64,000 nucleotides of DNA, from the NCBI GenBank assembly GCA_965237525.1, contig CBDEFO010000006.1, positions 224,001 through 288,000 on the forward strand. Direction: 5' to 3'. Below the pieces are notes generated by a model that saw only the letters and a program-made list of their open reading frames with translations, ran no database searches and was not told the DNA's origin. Position 1 is the first letter of the stretch. Each line of letters opens with the position of its first letter. This stretch comes from Candidatus Latescibacterota bacterium. Its GTDB lineage: Bacteria > Latescibacterota > CBDEFO01. A program made the translations under genes and the position numbers. Of this stretch, positions 53,151 to 62,843 are shown one piece after another.

Positions 53151-54200
53151 ATGAAGAGCGGCAAGGTGCGAATCGGCGTAATCGGCGCGGGATGGTGGGC
53201 AAGTTCTAACCACATTCCTGTCTTGAAAAAGCGGGACGATGTGGAGCTCGCAGCGGTCTGCCGGATCGGCATGTCAGAGTTAAAGCGGCTTCAGGATGAG
53301 TTCGGGTTCGAATATATAACTGAGGACTATCAGAAGCTCCTGTCAGAGGTCCAATTAGATGGCGTGGTAGTCGCTTCGCCGCATACCCTGCACTATGAAC
53401 ACGCCACGGCGGCGCTTGAGGCCGGCTGCCACGTGATGTGCGAAAAGCCATTAACGACAAATGCCGACGACGCTCGCGATCTTGTAGCGAGGGCTAAAGA
53501 TAAGAACCTGACCCTTATGATCCCGCACGGCTGGCACTATAAACCCTATATCCAGGAGGCCAAGCGGCGGATGGACGCCGGAGTAGTCGGCAAGATCGAG
53601 GCGATCCATTGCCAGCAGTCATCGCCTATAGTTTCTCTCCTTCGCGGCCAAGAGTTCATCCACGGCGAGATGTTCTTCAAACCCGATAAGGAGACATGGG
53701 CAGATCCAAAGGTCGCAGGCGGAGGCTACGGCCTGGCGAATCTGACGCACGCCCTCGGGATGCTTTTCCTTCTGACTGATCTGAAGCCGAGCAACGTCTA
53801 TGCCCGGACCACCAGCCCCGGCGCAGAGGTGGAGATCAATATTGCCATAAGCGCGGAGTTCGAAGTCGGCGCTATCGGCACGATCTTTGGAACGGCCTTT
53901 GTTCCGGATCAGGCAAGATTCCAGGTGGATGTGCGCGTCTATGGGACAGAGGGGATGCTTATGGTGGACATGGATCGCGCCCGGATGGATGTTCAGAGGT
54001 TCGACGGCGATGACTTTCTGATGGAACTGGACCTGGCCGCCGGAGTCTACAGTTGCGAAGGTCCGCCCAACAATTTTGTGGATCTAATCCTGGGAGTGGA
54101 TGACACCTGCTGGGCGCCCGGCGAGGTGGGTATGAGAGCGATCGAGGTTCTGGACGCTGCCTATCGGTCGGCGCAGTCAGGACGGCCAGAATCCGTGTAG
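53151..54200 (+). CDS. Gfo/Idh/MocA family oxidoreductase
   Basis: GVIGAG, HVMCEKP, GGG motifs. Confidence 0.92.
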   Translation: MKSGKVRIGVIGAGWWASSNHIPVLKKRDDVELAAVCRIGMSELKRLQDEFGFEYITEDYQKLLSEVQLDGVVVASPHTLHYEHATAALEAGCHVMCEKPLTTNADDARDLVARAKDKNLTLMIPHGWHYKPYIQEAKRRMDAGVVGKIEAIHCQQSSPIVSLLRGQEFIHGEMFFKPDKETWADPKVAGGGYGLANLTHALGMLFLLTDLKPSNVYARTTSPGAEVEINIAISAEFEVGAIGTIFGTAFVPDQARFQVDVRVYGTEGMLMVDMDRARMDVQRFDGDDFLMELDLAAGVYSCEGPPNNFVDLILGVDDTCWAPGEVGMRAIEVLDAAYRSAQSGRPESV

Positions 54201-54594
54201 CTAAAACAGGCAGTCACAGGAAATACAAAGAAACAGCGTGTGAATAAAACTGTCTATTCTTATGCTCAGATAAGGAATGAAATTCCCTCGTTCTGATTCC
54301 CTGCTCGTCTACCTAGCGAGTGATAAGTCCTGCTGACAATCTGTAGGAAATGATGTTGAATTGAGGTTTTATACAGGCTATATATAATTGCTACAAAACT
54401 TATGATAATTAGGCCACAACAGAATGATATTTTTAATATTACACGTGTTGTCATAATATTTCAGTGGGGTCTTATATAGCTCAAATAGCTGTATATAGGT
54501 CCTTAGCATAGAAAACTGTATAAGCCCTAGTTCGGCGCCCTTGAACGACAACCATTCGAATTCGGTCCGCGAGCCGGATAGAATCACACTGCTT

Positions 54595-56382
54595 ATGAAC
54601 AAACCAACTAAGGTACAAAGTCATGTAAGCCATCGGAAGGGCATGGGCGTGCACTACACGCCAACGCTTCTGGCGCGGTTCGTTGCAGAACGACTCGTAA
54701 CATGCGTGCAACACAGTGGCGGTGGTCCCCTTCGGATTCTGGATCCTGCTTGTGGTGATGGTGCCCTTCTTGAGGCGTTGCTGGCATCTTTGCTGGATGC
54801 CGGCCGGCTCCGTGGCTGTGAGGTCATCGGCGTGGAAGCCGACGAGCGGGTGCTACCAGAAACAGAATCACGGCTTGAGAAGTTCACGCAAGTTCGCTGT
54901 CGGCTGATTCCGGCGGATTTTCTAGACCTTGTTACCAGGCGCCGAGGCCAAGCGGAGCTTTGGGAAACCGACACATCGGATCCTGGCTTCGAGGATGCCT
55001 TCGATATCGTCATTGCTAATCCCCCCTATGTGCGTACTCAAGTCCTGGGTACTGAGAAGGCTCAGCGACTGGCGGTGCGATATGGCCTGACTGGACGCGT
55101 TGATCTCTATCACGTCTTCCTCGTGGCCGCGACGGAGACGATACGGCCCGGGGGGTACATCGGCATCATCACTTCTAATCGGTTTCTTTCGACTCTCGCT
55201 GGAGCGGCGATCCGGGCCTTCTTGGCACACAACTATGAGATCGAGGAGGTGGTCGACTTGGGGGACACCAAGCTTTTTGAGGCTGCCGTGCTTCCTGCAA
55301 TCTTTGTTGGGTGTCGTCGCGAAGACCGTTCCGGACGACACATCCGAACGCAGCCCCGCTTTCTGAAGATCTATTCAGAACCAGATCGGCGTGGTGATAG
55401 CTGCCAGAAGCTGTGGCCCGCCGACGACATCCTGGGAATCCTGAGACAAGGCCAGGCGGGATTGTACCAGACCCCCGAGGGTATATTCAGGCTGACCACG
55501 GGCGATCTGCTTCCCGGTAACGACCCCAAAGGAGTTTGGTCGCTGACAACCCGCAAGGAGGCTGCTTGGCTCTCTCGCGTTCGTAAAGCTGCGTGGAGGC
55601 TCTTCAAAGACATTGCCGTGGTGCGAGTGGGCATAAAGACAACAGCCAACGATGTGTTCATCCGACGCGATTGGGATGTGCTCCCACAAGAAGTGAGACC
55701 GGAGGCGGAACTCCTACGTCCACTATTGAGGCACGAGGACGCGCGGCACTGGTCCATTCCGGACGGAGTGCAACCGACGTCGTGGCGCGTCCTGTATCCG
55801 CACGAGGTGCTTAACGGCATCAGAAGGCCGATTGATCTGAGCCGTTACCCACGCGCCCGGGCATACCTGGAGCAGAATAGGGAGCGGCTGGAGAAACGAC
55901 ACTACGTGATTGAGGCCGGGAGGCAGTGGTACGAGATCTGGGTGCCGCAGGACCCTGAAGCCTGGGGCACTCCAAAGATCGTCTTTCCTGACATTAGTCC
56001 AGAACCGCGTTTCTACTTGGATCATGGCGAATGCCTCGTCGATGGTGACTGTTATTGGATAACCCTACGTCCGGGAACAGCGCCGAGTGTGTTGTATCTC
56101 TTGCTGGCACTCGCCAACTCGTCACTGATGACGCGATTCCATGATCTCGCATTCAATAACAAGTTGTATTCCGGCAGGCGCCGCTACATCACTCAGTACG
56201 TCGGAGAGTACCCGTGTCCTGATCCAGCATTACCGGCTTCTAAAGAAGCTGATCGCTTTGGTGAAGGAAATCGTTCAAGAAACCAAGAGTGGTGCGAATC
56301 AAGCAAAGGTTCAGCTAGCTTACTGGAGAGCTCGAGATACTCGTCCAAGAAGCGTTCGGAATCAATCCTGATGAGCGAGTGA
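54595..56382 (+). CDS. N6-adenine DNA methyltransferase (gamma class, TaqI/Eco57I-like); probable frameshift near the 3' end
   Basis: GVHYTP, LDPACGDG motif I, NPPY motif IV, PKIVFPDIS target-recognition region; plausible C-terminal helix KKLIALVKEIV in another frame after about 56240. Confidence 0.85.
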   Translation: MNKPTKVQSHVSHRKGMGVHYTPTLLARFVAERLVTCVQHSGGGPLRILDPACGDGALLEALLASLLDAGRLRGCEVIGVEADERVLPETESRLEKFTQVRCRLIPADFLDLVTRRRGQAELWETDTSDPGFEDAFDIVIANPPYVRTQVLGTEKAQRLAVRYGLTGRVDLYHVFLVAATETIRPGGYIGIITSNRFLSTLAGAAIRAFLAHNYEIEEVVDLGDTKLFEAAVLPAIFVGCRREDRSGRHIRTQPRFLKIYSEPDRRGDSCQKLWPADDILGILRQGQAGLYQTPEGIFRLTTGDLLPGNDPKGVWSLTTRKEAAWLSRVRKAAWRLFKDIAVVRVGIKTTANDVFIRRDWDVLPQEVRPEAELLRPLLRHEDARHWSIPDGVQPTSWRVLYPHEVLNGIRRPIDLSRYPRARAYLEQNRERLEKRHYVIEAGRQWYEIWVPQDPEAWGTPKIVFPDISPEPRFYLDHGECLVDGDCYWITLRPGTAPSVLYLLLALANSSLMTRFHDLAFNNKLYSGRRRYITQYVGEYPCPDPALPASKEADRFGEGNRSRNQEWCESSKGSASLLESSRYSSKKRSESILMSE

Positions 56383-56383
56383 C

Positions 56384-57007
56384 ATGACGACTCGACGTTC
56401 CTCCATCTCGAAGTCAACTATTGCCAAGAGACAACGCATCCACGACTTGGACTTGGCCGACGGTGATCCTCTCGCAAACGCACCTGCCGACCCGAGCCTA
56501 CTTTTCACCCTCGAGGAGCTTGCCACGCTACTGAAGCCACTGATGAGGATGGACGCTCCAAGAGATGATGGCAATCGAATTCTTGAAGTGCGTCCAAAGG
56601 GGCACTGATTTGAGTTCGAGGTTTCCAAGCATCTTGGATACCATTACCCGCCAGGCTCTGGTCTTTTTCCAGACATTCGTCACCAACTCCTGGAAGTGAA
56701 GCACCATACTGGCAGGTCCGTTACGGTTGACTTCGGTCGACACCATCCGGGATCAGAAGATGTGCCCGACGCGCGGTGGAACGAAAAGGCCCAAGCACGA
56801 ATCTGTGACATTCGGTACTTGATAACGCTAGCTCCTCCTCCTGAGTTCCAAGTTGTGACCATGGTTCTTGCAACTGGTGCAGATATCAATTCCATCTTTG
56901 GCGTGTCACCCACACAGACGATCAAGTATCAGATGGGTATCTCGAAGCGATGGCGAGACGAGCACGTCGGCAAGATCCTTGTGTCTGGGCGCGAGTTCCG
57001 TGGATAG
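56384..57007 (+). pseudogene. Frameshifted putative PD-(D/E)xK restriction endonuclease
   Basis: Directly after the MTase; second frame reads HLGYHYPPGSGLFPDIRHQLLEVKHHTG. Confidence 0.55.
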
Positions 57008-57062
57008 GCAACGCTTCAGATGGGGAGATGGGGCGCCGAACCCGTTCGAAGGCAATGCTTTT

Positions 57063-57354
57063 TGATGGAATTGGACCCGGCAGCCGGAGTCTACGGTTGC
57101 GAAGACCCGCCCAACAATTTTGTGGATCTCATCTTAGGGGTGGACGACACCTGCTGGGTGCCCGGCGAGGTGGGTATGAGAGCGATCGAGGTTCTGGACG
57201 CTGCCTATGCTCGGCGCAGTCTGGACGGTCAGAATCCGTCTAAATAAAGCAGGCAGTTACAGGAAATACAAAGAAATAAAGTGTGAATAAAACTGACTAT
57301 TCTTATATTCAGATAAGAACTGAAAATGGCCCGTTCTGATTCCCTGCTCGTCTA
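57063..57354 (+). repeat. Diverged copy of the Gfo/Idh/MocA 3' end and downstream DNA (54019-54311)
   Basis: Encodes MELDPAAGVYGCEDPPNNFVDLILG... and reproduces about 110 bp of downstream non-coding DNA. Confidence 0.92.
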
Positions 57355-57520
57355 TCTGGCCGCACCTGATCCGCGACGTTGGCGATCTGGATAGCCACGG
57401 GCCTCACATATTCCCGGCGACTAATTGCGTGACACCGCCGGGCCAGGAACACACAGCACACCCTGACCGCGCTGCTGCGTCAGTCGATCTGCAGCCGACT
57501 GCGCGACGCCACCCAAGGGG

Positions 57521-58000
57521 ATGCTAGCCATGATCGATTTCAGCCAGGATCGGCCTCCGGAGACGACCGACGAGCGCATCAAAGCGCTGCGCTCGCTGGC
57601 CCGTCTGGAGAAAGAAATGGACTATCTTGACGAGCGCGTTTCGGAAGCGGAACTGCCGCCGCCGCAGGTTGAGGGGGAGCGCTATGAGGACGACGTGCCC
57701 GATACGTTGGACCTGACCGTCCACGCGCAATACGCCATCAACGCTTACACGCGAATGCTCGACCCGGCGATGGACTACCGGTTCCACGGTAACGCGCGTT
57801 TCCTGAGCCGTCCGCCGCGCCTGTCCCTCAGTCCCTCCTTCGAGTGCACCGCCAAGCATCTCGAGTCCCTGCCGCTGATGCGCCTGATGAGCGGCAGCAC
57901 GTTCAACATCGACATCGATAACAAGTTCATGCAGAGCCGCTTGCATCTGACGGCGGCCGACGGATTCGGCTACTGCCCGGGGAGCAAAGCAGGTGATCCA
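57521..58000 (+). pseudogene. Truncated N-terminal fragment of a hypothetical protein
   Basis: GC-rich ORF (VPDTLDLTVHAQYAINAYT) that runs into the next gene with a change in codon style. Confidence 0.45.
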
Positions 58001-58031
58001 TACGTTAGCCGGACTTTCTCTGGAGGCGCGG

Positions 58032-58658
58032 ATGACGACAGAGAGACTAATTAAACTAGCCGGCGTGGCCCTGATCGGTAGTGGGATCCTCGCCACGATT
58101 GGGTTCTCGGTCCACCCGCATGACTCATCCGGATCGAATCACGTCATGTGGCTCTTTGGCCACATCCTGATCGTCCTTGGCTTCCTTATGAACTTCCTGG
58201 GCTTGGTTGGGCTGTACAGCGCAACTGCCAAGAACGTGGGTGCCTTTGGCTTCGGGGGTTTCCTTGTCGCCTGCGTGAGCCTAGTCCTCTACCTCGGCAA
58301 ATTGTACTGGTCAGGTTTCATCTATCCGCTCGTCATAGCGCAGCACCCGGAGTTCATTTCTGAGTATGGCTTCAACCCCGGCTCGGATCCAGCGGATCCG
58401 GTTGTGAGAATGGTGTTCTATCTAGGCCCGATTCTTTTCGCTGTGGGCTATGCCGTCTTCGGACTGGCTCTTCTAAAGGCTCGCACGTTCCCGGCGATGC
58501 CTGTTTGCCTTGTAGTCGCGGGTTCCTTGCTGCTTGGGGTTTGGCCGTTGCTCCCTGCTGTGATTCAGCACCTTAGTGTCTTCGTATCGTTGGTGTACAC
58601 CTTAGGGATCGCCTGGCTGGGATACCTCCTGGCAGCGGGAAGGTACAGTCTGAGTTGA
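58032..58658 (+). CDS. Integral membrane protein (about 6 TM segments)
   Basis: Hydrophobic segments; GGAGG RBS. Confidence 0.75.
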   Translation: MTTERLIKLAGVALIGSGILATIGFSVHPHDSSGSNHVMWLFGHILIVLGFLMNFLGLVGLYSATAKNVGAFGFGGFLVACVSLVLYLGKLYWSGFIYPLVIAQHPEFISEYGFNPGSDPADPVVRMVFYLGPILFAVGYAVFGLALLKARTFPAMPVCLVVAGSLLLGVWPLLPAVIQHLSVFVSLVYTLGIAWLGYLLAAGRYSLS

Positions 58659-58914
58659 AGGAGGCCGACCAATAACTTCGTGGAACTTATCCTGGGAAAT
58701 GATGACACCTGCTGGGCGCCCGGCGAGGCGGGTATGAGAGCGATCGAGGTTCTGGACGCTGCGTACCGCTCGGCACTGTCTGGACGGCCAGAACCCGTCT
58801 AACTAAAGCAGGCAGTCACAGGAAATACAAAGAAATAAAGTGTGCATAAAACTGTCTTTCTTATATTGAGATAAGAACTGAAAATGGCTCGTTCTGATTC
58901 CCTGCTCGTCTACC
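58657..58914 (+). repeat. Second diverged copy of the Gfo/Idh/MocA 3' end and downstream DNA
   Basis: PTNNFVELILGNDDTCWAPGEAGMRAIEVLDAAYRS... followed by the same downstream DNA. Confidence 0.92.
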
Positions 58915-59167
58915 TGCCCGGGCACATCCACGGCGGGTGGCGCGAGCTATGAAGACTGTGTGATGAGCGCAACCTTCCGGTCATCTTCAAAGGCCCCTCT
59001 TAGGACAACGCCCCAAGCGACGCATAGGCGTCCAAATCGGGAGTATTACCGAAGCCTATGTCGGATCCAGAGGCTTCCCGTCCAGAGTCAGGAATGACCT
59101 GGGTGGAAGGATATCAAAACAACAATGATTTATACTCACGTTCTAAACCGTGGTGGAAAGGGAGTAG

Positions 59168-59262
59168 TAAGTCCTACTGACAATTTGTAGGAAATGGTGT
59201 TGAATTGGGGTTTTATACAGTCTGTATATAATCTCTACAAGACTTATGATAATTAGGCCACA
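59168..59262 (+). repeat. Diverged copy of 54324-54418
   Basis: TAAGTCCT...TTATGATAATTAGGCCACA in both copies. Confidence 0.85.
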
Positions 59263-59263
59263 G

Positions 59264-59445
59264 CGGACCTTGCCGCTGCCGATGGCGATCAGTCAATGGT
59301 CGTTCATGACGCTGCAAAACAAGCTGATCAAGATCGAGGGGAAAGTGGTCCGCCACCTTCGCTACGTCACGTTCCAGATGACGGAGGTGCCCGTAGCGCG
59401 AGCTATTCAGGGCGATTCTTGAGAGGATTCAACAGTCGGGGTCGC
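59264..59445 (+). mobile_element. IS1380-family transposase C-terminal remnant
   Basis: Reads LPLPMAISQWSFMTLQNKLIKIEGKVVRHLRYVTFQMTEVPV..LFRAILERIQ, like IS1380 transposase C-termini. Confidence 0.7.
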
Positions 59446-59724
59446 CGCTGCTGTGGGGTTACCGGGATGAGGGGTAACGTTCCCGGTACGATATCGATGT
59501 GTAAACAACCGCGTAGCGGTCTGTCCGGATATGTACTCAGGAGCCTTGTAACAGCAAGAACACCAAGGGATCACGGGTCATTATGGCTAGCTGTCGATTG
59601 GACAGCGGATGCCTTGAAGCATTCGCGGATCCGTGGTCAAATGCTAGCATCCTGATATCTAGCAACGTGAGGAGCGCGACTTGCAAACCGGCTATCTGGG
59701 AAATCCCGGAACTATATCTGCGAA

Positions 59725-61054
59725 ATGCAAAGGAGGCCGACGGTAGATTTATTGACAAACAAGAATATCGACGAGGTTCAAATGCCTGAGAATGTCGCCT
59801 TGTCCATGAAAGTCACCATGTTCCGCCTGAAGTGCGCCCAGATGGGATGCACTTACGATTACGCCCATTTCGCGTTCGGGGGCTCCCCCTTTCCCGTCCC
59901 GGACGGCGTGCAAGAAGCGTTGAGGCAGCATAGCGGCGCAGGAGAATATCTGCCGCCGGTCGGGATCGAGCCTCTCAGAAGGCAGATTTCCAAATTCTGG
60001 GGGAATCATTTCAATCTCGACATCGATCCGAACCGTGTTGTCGTCATGCCCGGGTCGAAGCAGGCGATCTACCAGATCCTCGCGTTGTTCCAGGGGCCTA
60101 TGATCCTGCCGCAACCTTCCTGGGTGGGTTACCTGCCGATCGCCCAGCTTTTGAACAAGGAGATCGTTAGGCTTCCCACGCCTGCGGACAACGGCTACCG
60201 GATCACCGCCGAACAGATTGGCCGATGTGGCCAAGAAGATGGATGCTCCCCAGAGCATCCTGATTTTGAACTCCCCGCACAATCCCACCGGTGCCGTTTA
60301 CACGGACGGCGAGCTACGGGCATTCGTCGACGTTTGTCGCAAATACAACGTCCTCGTGCTCTCCGATGAGATCTACTCGCTCCTCGCATACGACGCCGAC
60401 GGCTTCACGAGCGTGGCGAAGCTCTACCCGGAGGGGACGTTCGTCACCAATGGAGTCTCGAAGCACGCCGGCGCCGGCGGCTATCGGCTAGGGTTCGCGA
60501 TTCTGCCCGACAACTCCACCGAAGAGCAGGTCTTGAACTTTCAGAAGGTGGGTGCAGCCATCTACACCAATGCGAGTGCTCCGATTCAGTTCGCGGCCAT
60601 CGCCGCTTTCGGCCTCGACGAAGAGATGACGCGCTACATCGAGGCCCAGCGTGACATACATCGCATCATGACAACGGATTTGGCCCGGCGATTTCGGGAG
60701 CTCGAAGGCGTCGATGTCACGACACCCCAAGGGTCCTTCTACTTTTTCGCGGACTTCGAAGGCCTGCGCGACAAGCTGGCCCCGTACGGCATCCAGACGG
60801 GTGTGGAGCTGGGAGACCTTCTCTACGGTCACCCGCACCACATTGCCATGGTGGCAGGGGAGTATTTGATGATGCCGCCCGAGAGCCTCACGTTCCGCGT
60901 CGCAAGTGTCGACTACGACGGGAACCAGGCGATGAAGGCCTACCTCGAGGAGCCACCGAAGGGGGCAGGCGACGAACGGGCGTTCGTGGAGAGTAACGCA
61001 CATCGCCTTCTGATGGGAGTGGAGCGCCTCCGCCGGTGGATCGAATCTCTGTGA
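59725..61054 (+). pseudogene. Class I/II PLP-dependent aminotransferase, frameshifted near 60220
   Basis: PGSKQ, PSWVGY in the first frame; NSPHNPTG, SDEIY, SKHAGAGGYRLG in the second. Confidence 0.85.
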
Positions 61055-61221
61055 GAAAAGACGTTACGAAGAAAGAGCTTGCAATGACGTAGGTATCGCG
61101 TCATTCAGTCCTTTGGATCGAGGGTTATGGGCCCGTGCGAGGACCACGCCCGAAGCGACGCCATAGGCGTCGAAATAGCGGGCATTACCGAAGCCGATGT
61201 CGTATCCTCTGGCTTCCCGTC

Positions 61222-61340
61222 CAGAGGCAGCAGCTGCTCGCGGCGGATGCCCTATTGGTGCCGTCATGGTTACAAATGGTGAAATCATCGCTCGGGACGG
61301 GAACAGGATAGTTGAGTCGAAGGATCCTACGGCACAGCAG
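61222..61340 (+). pseudogene. Fragment of a TadA-like nucleoside deaminase
   Basis: EAAAARGGCPIGAVMVTNGEIIARDGNRIVESKDPTA, truncated before HAE. Confidence 0.7.
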
Positions 61341-61511
61341 CTCCGTTTCACTCCGGCGCCGTCGTGTATGGCCGAGGACCCGGACGGACTGTCGCTGCGC
61401 ACTATTCACTACAATAGACGGCACCCGTCTCAAGACTCGCTATCGTGGAATCATTCACTATATTTGTCACTGACGCGCGGACCGAACACTCCCAAGGAAA
61501 GGAGTAGAGCT

Positions 61512-62249
61512 ATGTCAGGAATCGAACCCGCATCCCGATTGACCCGCTTGAGCGGTGCCAGGATCGGACTTCTGGATCCGGGAAAGCGTACTTCAGCAGC
61601 CGTTCTCGAGGCGGTAGGGGAACGGCTCGGAGGAGAGTATGACGCGAATGTGGTCGGACCGTGGAGGAAGTCATCTCCCTACCGGGTCTGCTCGAAGAAG
61701 CTTCTGGAGGAGATCGTTCACCGGTGCGATGGGCTTGTGATGGGAGTCGTGGACTGATGCGGCGCCAGTTCGTGCAGTTTGCACGATATGCTGGAGTTCG
61801 AGTTGAGAGGCATCCCGACCGCCTATATCACGGCCTCTGGAAGGGTTCCAATGATCGAACGCGATGGTGATGGGTTCAGGCTGTCGCATGCGACGGGGAG
61901 CTATCTAGTAGAGGGATGGGAGGACTCCGGCCAACAGTCTGACGGCGTGCATCGCAGGCTGGTCCACTTCGGGGTACACCGCAGGATGCGGATGAGCGGG
62001 GTGAAGGAGGGAGACACGGTCCGCTACGGCAGCAGGGAGCTGCGATGGGAATATCCTCGAAAGGAGCTGGAGTCCAGAGTCAGGCCCGCCGGAGCCGGCG
62101 CCTGGTCGAGCACCTTTGACGGCGTTGCAGGCTACAGGAGTATCGAACTGCGGGCGTACGCTGCACCCGTGGAAGGCGATGAATTCAATGAAAGTGTGGC
62201 GGAGGCTGTCCCGCAGTTGGTGTCGATTCTGACGGGCGGGAAGGCGTGA
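61512..62249 (+). CDS. UGSC-family selenoprotein (Sec at TGA 61755-61757) with inserted Obg C-terminal-like (DUF1967) domain
   Basis: AAGGAG RBS; RIGLLDPGK...CDGLVMGVVD-TGA-CGASSCSLHDMLEFELRGIPT continues in frame; SECIS-like hairpin follows. Confidence 0.8.
61765..61794 (+). promoter_or_regulatory. Bacterial SECIS-like hairpin
   Basis: CCAGT-TCGTGCA-GTT-TGCACGA-TAT-GCTGG; G-first loop starts 19 nt after the UGA. Confidence 0.7.
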
Positions 62250-62255
62250 GGTCAC

Positions 62256-62823
62256 TTGGTCGATGCAACGATTAGCCAACACGGAAGAGTCGACATCCTG
62301 GTAAACAATGCGGGGTTTCAGCATGTCTCGCCGCTTGAGGATTTTCCAGAAGAAAAATGGGATCAAATGTTGAGAGTGATGCTGACAGCGCCCTTTCTGC
62401 TGACCAAATATGTGTGGCCCTACATGAAAACTCAAGAATGGGGTCGTGTTGTGAACATCGCCTCAATACATGAAATGGTTGCTTCCCAGAACAAGGTTGG
62501 ATGTATCTCAGTCAAACCATGGTCTAATAGGATTGACCCGTACGGCCGCCCTTGAAGGTGGGGCTCATGGGATAACCGTAAATGCCCCTTGTCCAGCCTA
62601 TGTACGGACTCCCTTAGTTGAAAACCAAATCGCCGATCAGGCCAGAATACACCAGATTCGTGAAGAAGAGGTAGTGGCGGACATCATGCTCAAATCAGCC
62701 GCCATAAAGAAACTAATAGAACCAAAGGAAGTTGCCGACCTTGTGCTCTATCTTTGTTCTGAAAAAGGCGTATCGATAACTGGAGCATGTTGGACGATTG
62801 ATTGTGGCTGGACAGCACAATAA
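62256..62823 (+). pseudogene. 3-hydroxybutyrate dehydrogenase-like SDR, 5'-truncated and frameshifted
   Basis: [44 protein letters not shown]; TGxxxGIG N-terminus missing. Confidence 0.75.
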
Positions 62824-62843
62824 CAGAGTACCCTCAACAAGCG

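Noticed and set aside
61197..61511. N-terminal extension of the selenoprotein as called by the ORF track
   Set aside because: Made of a repeat scrap, a deaminase fragment and intergenic DNA; a strong RBS precedes ATG 61512.
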